Source: an uncultured delta proteobacterium
GTDB taxonomy: Bacteria > Myxococcota_A > Polyangia > Polyangiales > Polyangiaceae
NCBI GenBank assembly: GCA_963806225.1
Contig: CAWDXG010000004.1
Location: forward strand, 3,328,001-3,392,000
DNA length: 64,000 nt
Direction: 5' to 3'
This document shows positions 20,676-33,863 of this stretch, in pieces. The position numbers and the translations under genes were made by a program. Position 1 is the stretch's first letter. Every line of letters begins with the position of its first letter. Under the pieces are notes generated by a model. The model searched no databases. It worked only from the letters and a program-made list of their open reading frames with translations, and was not told where the DNA came from.

Positions 20676-20885
20676 CGGGTACAGGATAGAGGATTGCGGG
20701 CAAACCTCATAAACCCGGCTTGCGGGAACCACTGAGGCAGCGGTGCCTTTCTCCGCCAAGTGCGGCCAGTCGGCCGGGCACGATCAACGGGGCTCCCCTG
20801 CCGCCATCACACCTGATCGGCGCTTCGGGATTTTCCAGCTATCCGGGAACAGGCCGGGTAGTATGGCGCCACTCGGGGGTCTACC

Positions 20886-22995
20886 GTGACGACAGGCAGA
20901 ACCAGAGGCGGTTTCGGAGGCTCGAGAGAGCTGGGCAAGTACAAGCTTGTCAACGAGTTGGCCAAGAGCCAGCTCGGCGCGCTGTGGGCCGGCATGGGCA
21001 GCGACGCCGGCGAAGGCGGCGAGGCCCCGGTGTTCCTGGTGAGGCGTTTCGACACGAGCGTGATCGAGAACCCGGACCAGGTCGACAACCTGTCGGAAGC
21101 CGCCTGGTGGGCGATGGAGCACTCCCAGGACGAGATCGCCCGGACGCTCAACGTCGTGAAGACCGAGAGCGAACTCGGCATGGTGTACGCCTACAACGAG
21201 GGCGAGGTTCTGCGTGCGCTCCTGCGGCTCGCGACCTTCAAGCGCAAGCCATTCCCGGTTCCGGTGGCGCTCCGCATCGCGCTGGATGTGCTCCAAGCGC
21301 TCGCCACGGTCCGCGAGCAGGCCACCGAAGACCACATCGAGCTTTCCTGCGGCGGACTGTCTCCGGACAGCGTGCTCGTAGGCACGGACGGCAGGACGCG
21401 ACTGCTCGATGTCGGCGCGGCCGGAGTGCTGTGTGGCGCCGAGCGGGTGCTGAGAAACCCGGAGATGACAGCCTACGCCGCTCCCGAGCAGCTCGAGGAG
21501 ACACCGCAGGCCGGGGCGCGGGCCGACGTGTTCAGCAGCGGCATCCTGATCTGGGAGATGCTGCTCGGCAAGCGGCTGTTCGTCGGCTCCAACTACGCGG
21601 CCGTCTCCGCCAAGGTGGCGGAAGCGAAAGTCCCGCGACTGGACGCCGCCAAGCCGGTGGGCGGCGAGCCCATCCCGGAGGAAGTGGCCGATCTGGTCGC
21701 CCGGGCGCTGAAGCCCGACCCAGCCGAGCGCTTTGCCGATTGTCGCGAGCTTGTCGCTGCGATCGAGGCGCTGTCGAGCGAGCCGGCCGAACGCGAGGCC
21801 GTCGGAGAGATGGTGGACGCGCTGGACGGCAACGCGCTTGCGACGCGCCGCAAGGTCATCGACCGTGCGCGGGGTGTGCAGTCGCCGGCGGCAAAACCGA
21901 TCGCGAAACGCGCGCCGAGCCCCGTCGCGGCCCCGCCGAAGCCCACCTCGTCCCCCAATGCGGCGCCTGCGCCGCCCCAGCCTCCGCCGAAGCCAGGCCG
22001 TCGTCCGCCGCCGCCGCCGCGGGCGCGCATGGAGTCGCTGGACTCCGAGCTGCTCGAGCCGGCGGGCGACTCGGAGGCTCCCGGGTCCGCGGGCGTCGCG
22101 GTCGACGTGGAGCTCGATGCGCCTGGCGTCCCTTCCGAACGTCACGACAGCGGAGCCGGCGGACAAGGCAGCGACGACAGACGAGCAGCCTGCCGCGGAG
22201 GAGGGTGGCGACACCGGGACTGCCGAGGCAGGCGAGGGCGCGGATGGATCTGCGGGCGACGACGTGCCTCCGCCGCCGCCGGAAATGCGCGATGTACCTC
22301 TGCCGCCTCCGGGGCTGAGCGAACCCGCGCTGATCGAGGCGCTGACGAACGACTCGACACCGAAGCCCGAATCGACGGACGACGAAGCGGGCGGGAGCGA
22401 CGAAGCCGAGGCTGGCAAGGACGCGGACGACACCGGCTCCGGAGCGAAGGGGGCTGCAGCGGCTTCCAGCCCCGAAGCGAGCGCACCCGAAGCGAGCTCT
22501 TCGCCGGAGGCCGCGGCCACCGCGACCACGCTGGACGCGACCAGCGAGGACGCCGGTCCTACGCCGCAGTCAGACGTGGTCGCGCGGACGCAGCGCGCGC
22601 GCCGCGTCGTGGCCATGGTGATCGGAGGCCTGGCCGTGCTGCTGCTAGCCGGTCTGGGGATTTCGGCGCTGCGCGGCTCCGGAAAGCCGAAGCAGACCAG
22701 CTCCGCGGCAGCGCCGCCCCCTGCGGCGCCGAGCGAGACGGCGGCGGCCACCGCGAGCGAGACAACTCCCGCCGAAAGCGCCAGCGCCGAGCCCGAGCAG
22801 GCTGACGCCGGCAGCGAGGAAGCCGGGGACGCTGCGGCTGAAGCGGCTGCCGAAGACAGCGGGACGGCCGAAACCGCGCCTTCTGCCACGGAGGCGGAGA
22901 CCGCAGCTCCCGCGCCGCCGCCCAGGCCGATGGTCCGCCATCACTACAAGCCGCACCCGCGGCCGAAGCACAAGTTCACCCCATCGGGGATCTGA
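20886..22995 (+). CDS. Membrane-anchored Ser/Thr kinase-like protein (probable pseudokinase), one apparent frameshift near 22122
   Basis: Kinase fold (YKLVNEL, YAAPEQL, ADVFSSG, PAERF) with degenerate catalytic motifs; acidic linker, TM VVAMVIGGLAVLLLAGLGI and tail FTPSGI lie in the shifted frame. Confidence 0.8.
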
Positions 22996-23009
22996 CCAAG
23001 GAGCAGGAC

Positions 23010-24065
23010 GTGGACATGCCGAGCACGAGGACACGAGGGGCCCTGGGCCGACTCGGCTCCGGTGCGCTGGTTGCGCTTTGCCTGGTCGCCGCTGCGCCCG
23101 CCGCGAGCGCAGCCGGCGCATCGCTGCAGTCGGCAACGCCAGCGCAGAAGAAAACCGCCGGCGAACGCTTCGGGGCCGGCATGCAGGCCTTCGACGCGAA
23201 CAAGTACGAGGAAGCGCTGAAGGCGTTCCAGGACTCGTACGACAGCGTCGCGAGCCCCAACTCGCACCTGATGGTCGCGCGGACCCTGGTGAAGCTGGGC
23301 CGGCTAGACGAGGCGTACGAGGAGTACGAAAAGACCCAGCGCGAAGCCGCAGAGGACGCGAAGCTCGACAAGAAGTACGAGAAGGCCGGCAAATCGGCGA
23401 CCGACGAACAGGACGCGCTGCGCTCGAAGATCGCCCTGCTCTCGGTCCAGGTGAACGGCGCTGGCGCCGGAGACAAGCTCACGGTCGGCGGCCGGGATAT
23501 CGATCAAGCGGACTGGTCACGCCCCGTGCCGGTCAAGCCCGGAAATGTCGACGTGGTGCTCCAATCGGCGAGCGGGAAGACAACTCGTAAGCAGGTCACC
23601 GCCGCGGCGGGCGGCAGCCCCACAGTGCAGATCGCAGCGACCACAGCGACGCCCGCCACCACCACGCCCCCCGGGACGCACGCCGAGGCATCCACCAGTG
23701 GCATCAACAAGCGCACGCTGGCCTACGTCGCCGGCGGCGTGGGAGCCGCCGGGCTCATCACCTTCGGCGTGTTCGGCATCCTGAACAATTCGAAGTACAG
23801 CAGCCTGAAGGACGCCTGCCCCAACAACTCGTGTCCACCCGGCAAGAAGAGCGACGCCGACGCCGGCCGCACGTACCAGACGGTCGCCAACGTCGGCCTG
23901 GTCGTGGGCATCGTGGGGCTCGCGGGAGGCGCGACGCTCTACTTCCTCAGCACGCGGGACGAGAAGAAAGACAGCCAGGCCGACACCGCCGGCAGGCGCG
24001 ACAGCACACCGGGAGTCGACGTGGGGCTCGGCTTCGGATCGGTGAACGTGCGCGGGAGTTTCTGA
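23010..24065 (+). CDS. TPR plus PEGA-like exported protein
   Basis: Signal peptide; TPR-like YEEALKAFQDSY...LGRLDEAYEEY; PVKPG beta domain; two hydrophobic segments; C-terminal VRGSF. Confidence 0.85.
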   Translation: MDMPSTRTRGALGRLGSGALVALCLVAAAPAASAAGASLQSATPAQKKTAGERFGAGMQAFDANKYEEALKAFQDSYDSVASPNSHLMVARTLVKLGRLDEAYEEYEKTQREAAEDAKLDKKYEKAGKSATDEQDALRSKIALLSVQVNGAGAGDKLTVGGRDIDQADWSRPVPVKPGNVDVVLQSASGKTTRKQVTAAAGGSPTVQIAATTATPATTTPPGTHAEASTSGINKRTLAYVAGGVGAAGLITFGVFGILNNSKYSSLKDACPNNSCPPGKKSDADAGRTYQTVANVGLVVGIVGLAGGATLYFLSTRDEKKDSQADTAGRRDSTPGVDVGLGFGSVNVRGSF

Positions 24066-24066
24066 C

Positions 24067-24660
24067 GTGCGCCTGGCGGGGGTGGCGGCGCTGGCCGCTC
24101 TGGTACTGGCGGGAGCATCCGGCTGCACGAACAGCTACGACCAGTTCGACTTCAACGGCAGCGCGCAGGGCGGCAGCGCCGGCGCGCAGGGCGGCAGCGC
24201 CGGCGCGCAGGGCGGCAGCGCCGGCGCGCAGGGCGGCTCGGGAGGGTCGGCGAGTTGCGGTGCAGGCCAGATGCAGTGCGGCGGCAGCTGCATCCCGACC
24301 GACAGCCTCCACAACTGCGGCGGCTGCAACAACGACTGCGACGCGCTGGGGCTCGAGTGTCTCGGCGGCGTGTGCGGCTGCAGCCAGAACAACCAATGCG
24401 GTCAGAGCGGCGGCAATCTGTGCCGCAACTCCGGGGTCTGCGAATGCGGGGGGCAGCGTTGCCGGCAGGGCGAGACGTGCCGCCAGCAGGGCGGTAACCA
24501 GCGCTGCAGCTGCGGCGGCAACCAGCGCTGCCAGTTCGGCGAGACCTGCTGCCAGACGCCGTCCGGGTGCTTCAACCTGCGAACGGATCGCAACAACTGC
24601 GGCGCCTGCGGCCACGCCTGTGCGGCAGGACACAACTGCGTGAACGGGACCTGCGGCTAG
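24067..24660 (+). CDS. Cys-rich lipoprotein
   Basis: Lipobox ASGC, AQGGSAG repeats, DRNNCGACGHAC module. Confidence 0.85.
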   Translation: MRLAGVAALAALVLAGASGCTNSYDQFDFNGSAQGGSAGAQGGSAGAQGGSAGAQGGSGGSASCGAGQMQCGGSCIPTDSLHNCGGCNNDCDALGLECLGGVCGCSQNNQCGQSGGNLCRNSGVCECGGQRCRQGETCRQQGGNQRCSCGGNQRCQFGETCCQTPSGCFNLRTDRNNCGACGHACAAGHNCVNGTCG

Positions 24661-24676
24661 CCCCCAGGTTCAAGGC

Positions 24677-26173
<1,497 letters not shown>

Positions 26174-26332
26174 CGCCGCATTGTGCGAGCGCCACCGGCC
26201 GGGGGCAACGAGAGCGAGGCCGCCGTTGACGGGAACCCACCCCTGGACTGGCCGGAACGCCCGATCAGACCACTATCGCGCATTTCTGCGCTGGATTGCA
26301 GTGCTTGACGAATTTCGCGCCGGGACCCACGC

Positions 26333-27457
26333 TTGCCGGACGCTCTCGAGACAACCGTGGCCACGAAGACCCAACGCAAACCCGCCAAGAAGCGCCCTTC
26401 GAAGAAGTCCTCGACCCGTTCCAGCACGGGACGCTCTCGAGCTACGACGAAGAGCAATGAGTCGGCGGAAGAATCCGGGACGGACGAGGACGATCTCGAC
26501 GACTCCGTGATCGAGGCGGACGGGGAGGTCGTCGACGAGTCCGCGTCTTCGTCACGCGGCGGCCGGAACGGCAGCAAGGCCCGCAAAGGCAACGAGCGCG
26601 CCCTGGCGCGCGTGGACAACCTGCAGGTGTACATGCGGGAGGTCCAGCGCCATGCCCTGCTCTCGCCCGAAGAGGAGCACGAGCTCGCGGTTCACTACGC
26701 CAAGACCGAGGACGTGCAGACCGCGGCGAAGCTCGTGACGGCCAACCTCAGGCTCGTAGTCAAGATCGCCTACGAGTACCGCCGCGCCTACCGCAACATG
26801 ATGGACCTCATCCAGGAGGGGAACATCGGCTTGATGCAGGCGGTCAAGCGCTACGACCCCTACCGCGGCGTCAAGCTGTCGAGCTACGCCGCGTGGTGGA
26901 TCCGCGCCTACATGCTGCGCTTCATCCTGAACAACTGGCGGATGGTGAAGATCGGCACCACGCAAGCGCAGCGCAAGCTCTTCTTCAATCTCAGCAAGGA
27001 GAAAGCGAAGCTCACCGCGATGGGCGTCGAGCCCACGCACGCCGAGATCGCCAAGCGGTTGAACGTCGAAGAGAAGGACGTGGTCGAGATGGACCGGCGG
27101 CTGTCGCGCGGCGATGCCTCGCTCGACGCCGCGGTAGGCGAGAGCGACGGCAAGCCCACCACGCGCATGGATCTGCTTCCCGCGTCGTCGGCGGGCCCCG
27201 ACAGCATCGCCGAAGGCACGGAGATCCAGGAGATCGTGCGCGAGCGCCTCGACGAGTTCAGAAAGACCCTGGGCGGCAAGGATATCGCCATCTTCGACAA
27301 ACGCCTGGTGGCGGAAGATCCGATGACCCTACAGCAGCTCGGCGACGAGTTCGGCGTCTCGCGCGAGCGCGTGCGCCAGCTCGAAGCACGGCTCACGGGA
27401 CGCCTGCGCGAGTTCCTGCGCGAGACACTGGGCGACGCGGTCGAGGTCGGCGGCTGA
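26333..27457 (+). CDS. rpoH: RNA polymerase sigma-32 (RpoH-like) factor
   Basis: [32 protein letters not shown], RpoH box [23 protein letters not shown]. Confidence 0.9.
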   Translation: MPDALETTVATKTQRKPAKKRPSKKSSTRSSTGRSRATTKSNESAEESGTDEDDLDDSVIEADGEVVDESASSSRGGRNGSKARKGNERALARVDNLQVYMREVQRHALLSPEEEHELAVHYAKTEDVQTAAKLVTANLRLVVKIAYEYRRAYRNMMDLIQEGNIGLMQAVKRYDPYRGVKLSSYAAWWIRAYMLRFILNNWRMVKIGTTQAQRKLFFNLSKEKAKLTAMGVEPTHAEIAKRLNVEEKDVVEMDRRLSRGDASLDAAVGESDGKPTTRMDLLPASSAGPDSIAEGTEIQEIVRERLDEFRKTLGGKDIAIFDKRLVAEDPMTLQQLGDEFGVSRERVRQLEARLTGRLREFLRETLGDAVEVGG

Positions 27458-27469
27458 GGCCGGCGGTCC

Positions 27470-28300
27470 GTGGCCCCACTGTTCGTCATCGGCACGCCGA
27501 TCGGCAACCTGGGCGACATCACGCTCCGGGCCATCGACACGCTGCGCGAGGTGAAGCACGTCGCGGCCGAGGACACGCGGCGCACGCGGCAGCTGCTCTC
27601 GCACCTGGAAGTCCACGGAAAGCACCTGGTAGCGCTCGACGCGCACGCATCGGAAAAGCGGATCGCGGGGCTCGTCAATCGGCTGGTCGCGGGCGAGAGC
27701 GTCGCGCTCGTCACCGACGCCGGCATGCCGTCGGTGAGCGACCCTGGCGCAGCATTGGTGCGCGCCGCCGTCGAGCGCGGCGTCGAGGTCACGGCGATCC
27801 CGGGGCCGAGCGCCGTCACCGCCGCCGTGGCGCTGTCGGGCCTGGTGGAGGGGCCGTTCCTGTTCCTCGGCTTCCTTCCGCGGCGGGGGCAGAAGCGGCA
27901 CGAGGCGATCGAGCGCATCGCCCGGAGCGTCGAGCCCGTGGTGTTGTTCGAGTCGCCCAACCGCACGCAGCACACGCTCGACGAGCTCGCCGGAGCCATG
28001 CCGGAGCGTCAGGCCAGCGTGTCCCGCGAGCTGACCAAGCTGCACGAGGAGACCGTGCGCGGCACGCTCGCGGAGCTTTCGACGCGCAGCGAATGGCGCG
28101 GCGAGATCGCGATCGTGCTCGGGCCGGGCGATGGCGAACGGGCGGAGGCGCCGGACGACGCCGCGCTTGACGCTCGCATCGGGGAGCTGCTCGCGGAGGG
28201 CGTTTCGCCGCGCAGCGTGGCGGACGAGCTGACAGCGTGGTCGCGCCGGCCGCGCCGCGAGGTGTACGCGCGGGTCCAGAAGCTACGGCGCGGACAGTAG
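27470..28300 (+). CDS. rsmI: 16S rRNA C1402 2'-O-methyltransferase
   Basis: TPIGNLGDITLRA, AEDTRRT, DAGMPSVSDPG, FESPNR, RELTKLHEE. Confidence 0.95.
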   Translation: MAPLFVIGTPIGNLGDITLRAIDTLREVKHVAAEDTRRTRQLLSHLEVHGKHLVALDAHASEKRIAGLVNRLVAGESVALVTDAGMPSVSDPGAALVRAAVERGVEVTAIPGPSAVTAAVALSGLVEGPFLFLGFLPRRGQKRHEAIERIARSVEPVVLFESPNRTQHTLDELAGAMPERQASVSRELTKLHEETVRGTLAELSTRSEWRGEIAIVLGPGDGERAEAPDDAALDARIGELLAEGVSPRSVADELTAWSRRPRREVYARVQKLRRGQ

Positions 28301-28307
28301 GTCGGCC

Positions 28308-28385
28308 CTACTCCTCGGTCGGATCCTCCACCCGGCCGATGAACAACAGCGTGCCCGTCAGCTTGTCGCGGATCACGAACAGGAA
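28308..28385 (-). pseudogene. Serpin C-terminal remnant
   Basis: FLFVIRDKLTGTLLFIGRVEDPTEE followed by a stop matches the serpin C-terminal signature; no upstream serpin sequence. Confidence 0.75.
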
Positions 28386-28447
28386 CGCGAGATTCTCGAG
28401 CGGGCTCACCAACACCGGCGGCAACCGGCGTGCGGTACAATGCCCGC

Positions 28448-28876
28448 ATGCGGCATGGAAACAGCGTGGGGCTGGGCGTGGCAGCTGTGGCGGGCGTGCT
28501 GTTGTGCGCGGGTGCGACGTGGTCGCGGCCCGCACGAAGCGATGCGCCGTGTTCGGCCTGCAACCAGAGGGTGGCTGCGCTCGAAGTGCGAGTGGGGCGA
28601 CTGGAGAAACGCATGGCCGCCCTCCAGGCCCAGCTCGGCACTGCCAGGCCCGCGACATCCGGGGCGCCGGCCACGGCGAAGGCCGCGCCGCAAGGCCCCG
28701 ACAACGTGAAGGTCTATCCGCCCGTGGGCGGCTGCTCGCCGCCCTACAGCTTCGACGCGAAAGGGATCCAGAAGCCCAAGCCAGGCTGCGAGGACATCCA
28801 GAGCTCGCCGTGCGATCCGCCCTACGTGATCGACGCGGAGGGCCTGAGGCGCCCGAAGCCCGAGTGCCTGCACTAG
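28448..28876 (+). CDS. Small exported protein with coiled coil and a duplicated CxPPY...KPxC motif
   Basis: Hydrophobic N-terminus; CSPPYSFDAKGIQKPKPGC and CDPPYVIDAEGLRRPKPECL. Confidence 0.75.
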   Translation: MRHGNSVGLGVAAVAGVLLCAGATWSRPARSDAPCSACNQRVAALEVRVGRLEKRMAALQAQLGTARPATSGAPATAKAAPQGPDNVKVYPPVGGCSPPYSFDAKGIQKPKPGCEDIQSSPCDPPYVIDAEGLRRPKPECLH

Positions 28877-28928
28877 CGCTGTCGAAGGGCGGACAGCACA
28901 GCCGGCGAGAGCGACGTGACCTGCCGCA

Positions 28929-30113
28929 TCAGAACGCGACGCCATACGCCGCGCTCGGCCACAGCACGAGCCGCGTGCGGGGGAACGGAACGCTTGCAGC
29001 CAGGGCGAGCCCCAGCGAGTTGTGCGCGGCAAAGCTCCAGGCGAAGCCGAGCCGCGCCGCGACGAACAGCGGTCCCAGCCGGTCCACGGCATCCACGCGG
29101 ACGCCCTGGTCCGGCTGGTTCGGCGAGCTGCCGTCGAGGCACGCGGCGCTCGGCGTGCCCGTCGCGGCGCAGTCCCGTACCGACAGGGGCATCTTGACGT
29201 CCACGCGGGCGTAGCCGGCGCTTGCCGCGACGTAACCGCGCACAGCGGCGCCGGGCCCGCCGAGCCAATGGCGCGCGCCGAGCTCGACGTGCCACGGCGG
29301 GAAGCCGGGCCCCACGTCGCCGAACGCGCCGCCCGCGCGGGCAACAAGGGCGAAGCGAGGGCCCAGCGCCCAGGAGAACGTGACGAGCAGACGGTGCGCG
29401 CCGAAGTCGAGCCCGCCCCTGAACTTGTTGCCAACACGGGACGACGGAGCACCGTCGAAGCGACGGTCCGTGCCCGCGTAGTAGCAGGTGTAGCGGTCCT
29501 GCGCGCACACGTTGCTCGCGCCCGGGATCAGCGTGAGGTCCTGGACGACTTCGACGCCGAGCGTGAAGCGATCGAACGCTGCGGAGGCTCGCGCCTGGTG
29601 CGGTTCTGGCACGGGCCGTGGCGCAGGCGCGATCGCTCTGGGCTTCGCCTGCGCGGGCTTGGGCGACGGCGCGGGCTTGGGCGACGGCGCGGGCTTGGCC
29701 GACGGCGCGGGCTCCGGCGACGGCGCGGGCTCGCTCGCTCCAGACTCGCTGCTCCCGGGGCTCTGCAGCATCACGCTGGCCGCAGCGACGACGGCTCCGA
29801 ACAGCGCGGTGCAGTCCGCTTCGCTCGACTCGATCACCTGCCTGCCGCGGCGCGTACCATCCGACGAAACGGTCATCACCGCGCGCCAACTGGTCGCGTT
29901 GCCCGACAGCTCCACACCGAAGCGCTCCGGCGAAGAGCCCACAAACGGATCCCTGCCCAATCGCTTTTCGACCCGCTCGACGAACGCCTGACGCGAAGGA
30001 CACGCGGTTGCGCTGCCCCGCCGCGTGAAATCCAGGGCGTAGCTCTGCGCGTGTGCAGCTGGCGCCGCCGTCAGCGCGAAGACGGCCAGCGAACAGATCG
30101 TAGCGAGTCTCAT
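28929..30113 (-). CDS. Exported protein with beta-barrel-like C-terminus
   Basis: Signal peptide MRLATICSLAVFALTAAPAAHA; CPSRQAFVERVEKRLGRDPF; PAPSPK linker; ends AYGVAF. Confidence 0.8.
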   Translation of the reverse strand: MRLATICSLAVFALTAAPAAHAQSYALDFTRRGSATACPSRQAFVERVEKRLGRDPFVGSSPERFGVELSGNATSWRAVMTVSSDGTRRGRQVIESSEADCTALFGAVVAAASVMLQSPGSSESGASEPAPSPEPAPSAKPAPSPKPAPSPKPAQAKPRAIAPAPRPVPEPHQARASAAFDRFTLGVEVVQDLTLIPGASNVCAQDRYTCYYAGTDRRFDGAPSSRVGNKFRGGLDFGAHRLLVTFSWALGPRFALVARAGGAFGDVGPGFPPWHVELGARHWLGGPGAAVRGYVAASAGYARVDVKMPLSVRDCAATGTPSAACLDGSSPNQPDQGVRVDAVDRLGPLFVAARLGFAWSFAAHNSLGLALAASVPFPRTRLVLWPSAAYGVAF

Positions 30114-30147
30114 GTCCGGTGAATGCACCGCAAGCGGCACAGCTTCA

Positions 30148-30825
30148 TCACGGCTCGCCGATCGCGCGGCGCGCTTCGGCGGCGTAGAGCCCCGAGGGAT
30201 CCTCGGCCAGAAGCGCGCGCGCGGTCCGATGCGCTTCCGCCGTCCTGCCAAGGCGGCCGAGCGCGCGCGTGACGAGCATCTCGCGCGCCTGGCGCAGCTG
30301 TCCCGCCGGAAAGCGACGCGCGTGCTCGCGGCCGAGGCGAAGTGCCTGCTCGGCATCACCGCGCGACAACGCGCGCTCGGCGGCATCCACCAGCAGAGTC
30401 TCGGCCGGCAGGTCGCTCGACGAGGAGCGTGCGGCAGGCGCGGGCGCTTCGAGCGGAAGGTCGTCGATCTGCAGGGGCGGCGAAGCCGATGGCAGCGGCG
30501 CGCGACGCGGCGCCGGGACCTGGCCCGCGTGCGCTGGCGCCGTCAGCACCACGCGTTGCGGGGCAGGCGCGTGATGCGTCGAGTGCACCCAGGCGTGTGC
30601 GGCAAGCGCGCCGGCCACTCCCACGGCCAGCGTCGCGGCGACCTTGAAAGCCAGCAGCGACGGCGCGCCGCCTCCGGGCAGAGCCGCAAGCCGCGACGCG
30701 CTCCCGAGGATGCGTCCGTGCACTTCAGGGGGCATGGCAGGCAGCGCTGCAGCCGCGCGAAGCAGCTCGCGCGCGCCCGCCGGAGCGTCGCTTCCCGGCT
30801 CGAGCCAGCGGCGCGGAGCCGTCAC
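30148..30825 (-). CDS. Putative anti-sigma factor (TM plus TPR-like C-terminus)
   Basis: GTGA overlap with the sigma stop; TM segment; ETLLVDAAERALSRGDAEQAL...RFPAGQL. Confidence 0.75.
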   Translation of the reverse strand: MTAPRRWLEPGSDAPAGARELLRAAAALPAMPPEVHGRILGSASRLAALPGGGAPSLLAFKVAATLAVGVAGALAAHAWVHSTHHAPAPQRVVLTAPAHAGQVPAPRRAPLPSASPPLQIDDLPLEAPAPAARSSSSDLPAETLLVDAAERALSRGDAEQALRLGREHARRFPAGQLRQAREMLVTRALGRLGRTAEAHRTARALLAEDPSGLYAAEARRAIGEP

Positions 30826-31376
30826 GAGCGCGCCTCCTCTGCCTCGAGCGCACGCTTGAAGATGTCGCGGGCCGCGTGGATTCGCGAGTGCACCGTTCCG
30901 ACCGGTACGCTCATCAGCTCCGCGATCTCGTCGCAGGAAAGCCCTTCCAACTCGAACAGCACGAAAGCCGCGCGCTTCTCGATGCTCATCGCGTCCAGCG
31001 CGGCGAGCAGTCGCCGCTGCGCGTCCCGACGGCCGAGCTCGGTCTCGGGGGTCTCCGCGTCGTAGCGCTCCTCGGGAGGCGGGTCGGCCGGGCTCTCTCT
31101 CCGGCGCTGCTGCCGGCGCTGGTAGCCTCGTGCAACGCGCAGACAGATGCCGAAAAGCCACGTCGTGATGCGCGCACGCGATGGATCGAAGCTGTCCGCT
31201 CGACGGTGGACGACCAGCAGCACCTCCTGCATGACATCTTCGAGGTCGGCGCCGCGCACGCCGAGCCGCTGCAGCGAGCGCCACAGGAAGGGCCCGTGCT
31301 CGAGGTAGATCCCGCGCGCATCGACCCTGCCCAGCGGCGCATCCAGCCCGACAGGCCGCGGAAGGAATGCGTCCAC
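30822..31376 (-). CDS. ECF sigma-70 factor
   Basis: EDVMQEVLL, TTWLFGI, FVLFELEGLSCDEIAELMSVPVGTVHSRIHAAR. Confidence 0.92.
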   Translation of the reverse strand: MDAFLPRPVGLDAPLGRVDARGIYLEHGPFLWRSLQRLGVRGADLEDVMQEVLLVVHRRADSFDPSRARITTWLFGICLRVARGYQRRQQRRRESPADPPPEERYDAETPETELGRRDAQRRLLAALDAMSIEKRAAFVLFELEGLSCDEIAELMSVPVGTVHSRIHAARDIFKRALEAEEARS

Positions 31377-31525
31377 ACCCCATGAATGCTCGATAACGCC
31401 GCGAGCTTCACGCCAAATCAGCGATGGGTGACCGGCGGGGAAATTTCCCGAGGCGGCTCGCGTATCACCGGGCTGGTCGGGCCAGCCACGCTCGGATAGG
31501 CTCGATCAGACTCGGGAGGTCAGAC

Positions 31526-32137
31526 GTGCAGCAAGGTCCGCCTGGATATGGGCCGCCGCCGGGAGGCGGCTACGGTGCTCCGCCGGGAGGCGGCGGCTAC
31601 GCGCCACCCCCGGGTGGCTACGGCGCTCCGCCCGGCGGTCAGCCGCCCCAGGGCGGGTACGGCGCGCCTCCTCCGCCGAAGAAGGGGATGAGCGGTCTGA
31701 CGATCGCGCTCATCGTGGTCGGGGGGCTCGCGGTTCTCGGATTCGGCAGCTGCGCGGTGTGCGTCGGAGTCGGCGCCTACGCCGGGAACCAGGCCGCGAC
31801 GGCCCCGCGCCCGGCGCCGGAGGTCGTCGACATCCACACGCTGCTCTCGGAGTACAAGGACAACGAGGTCCGGGCGGACGCCAGCTACAAGTCGAAGTGG
31901 ATCCAGACCGAGGGGCTGGTCAAGGACGTCAAGAAGGACGTGTTCGACCACCCCTACCTGCTGCTAGGGACGGGCGCGTACTTCGAGATCCCCAGGGTGC
32001 AGTGCCAGCTGGACGCCAAGAACGCCAAGACGGCGCAGAGCCTCTCCAAGGGAACCCAGGTGACCATCGTGGGCAAGGTGAAGGGCCTCACGTTCAACGT
32101 CCAGATGCAGGACTGCGAGATCACGGCCGTCAAGTAG
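31526..32137 (+). CDS. Membrane protein with Gly/Pro/Tyr-rich N-terminus and tRNA_anti-like OB fold
   Basis: GGAGG RBS then GTG; GGYGAPP repeats; TM; EYKDNEVRADASYKSK...LSKGTQVTIVG. Confidence 0.8.
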   Translation: MQQGPPGYGPPPGGGYGAPPGGGGYAPPPGGYGAPPGGQPPQGGYGAPPPPKKGMSGLTIALIVVGGLAVLGFGSCAVCVGVGAYAGNQAATAPRPAPEVVDIHTLLSEYKDNEVRADASYKSKWIQTEGLVKDVKKDVFDHPYLLLGTGAYFEIPRVQCQLDAKNAKTAQSLSKGTQVTIVGKVKGLTFNVQMQDCEITAVK

Positions 32138-32246
32138 CCGCAGAGCCCCGGGCGGCGGTCCGTCCGGAGGCGCCGAATCCCCCGGAATCGCTCCCCTATC
32201 CTGGTGGTAGGGAGTCGCCGTTCATCTGTGCTAATACGCCCCGACC

Positions 32247-33859
<1,613 letters not shown>

Positions 33860-33863
<4 letters not shown>

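Noticed and set aside
24163..24237. 21-bp tandem repeat
   Set aside because: Encodes the AQGGSAG linker of a lipoprotein; an ordinary coding repeat
29652..29731. 18-bp tandem repeats
   Set aside because: Encodes a PAPSPK/PAPSPE linker
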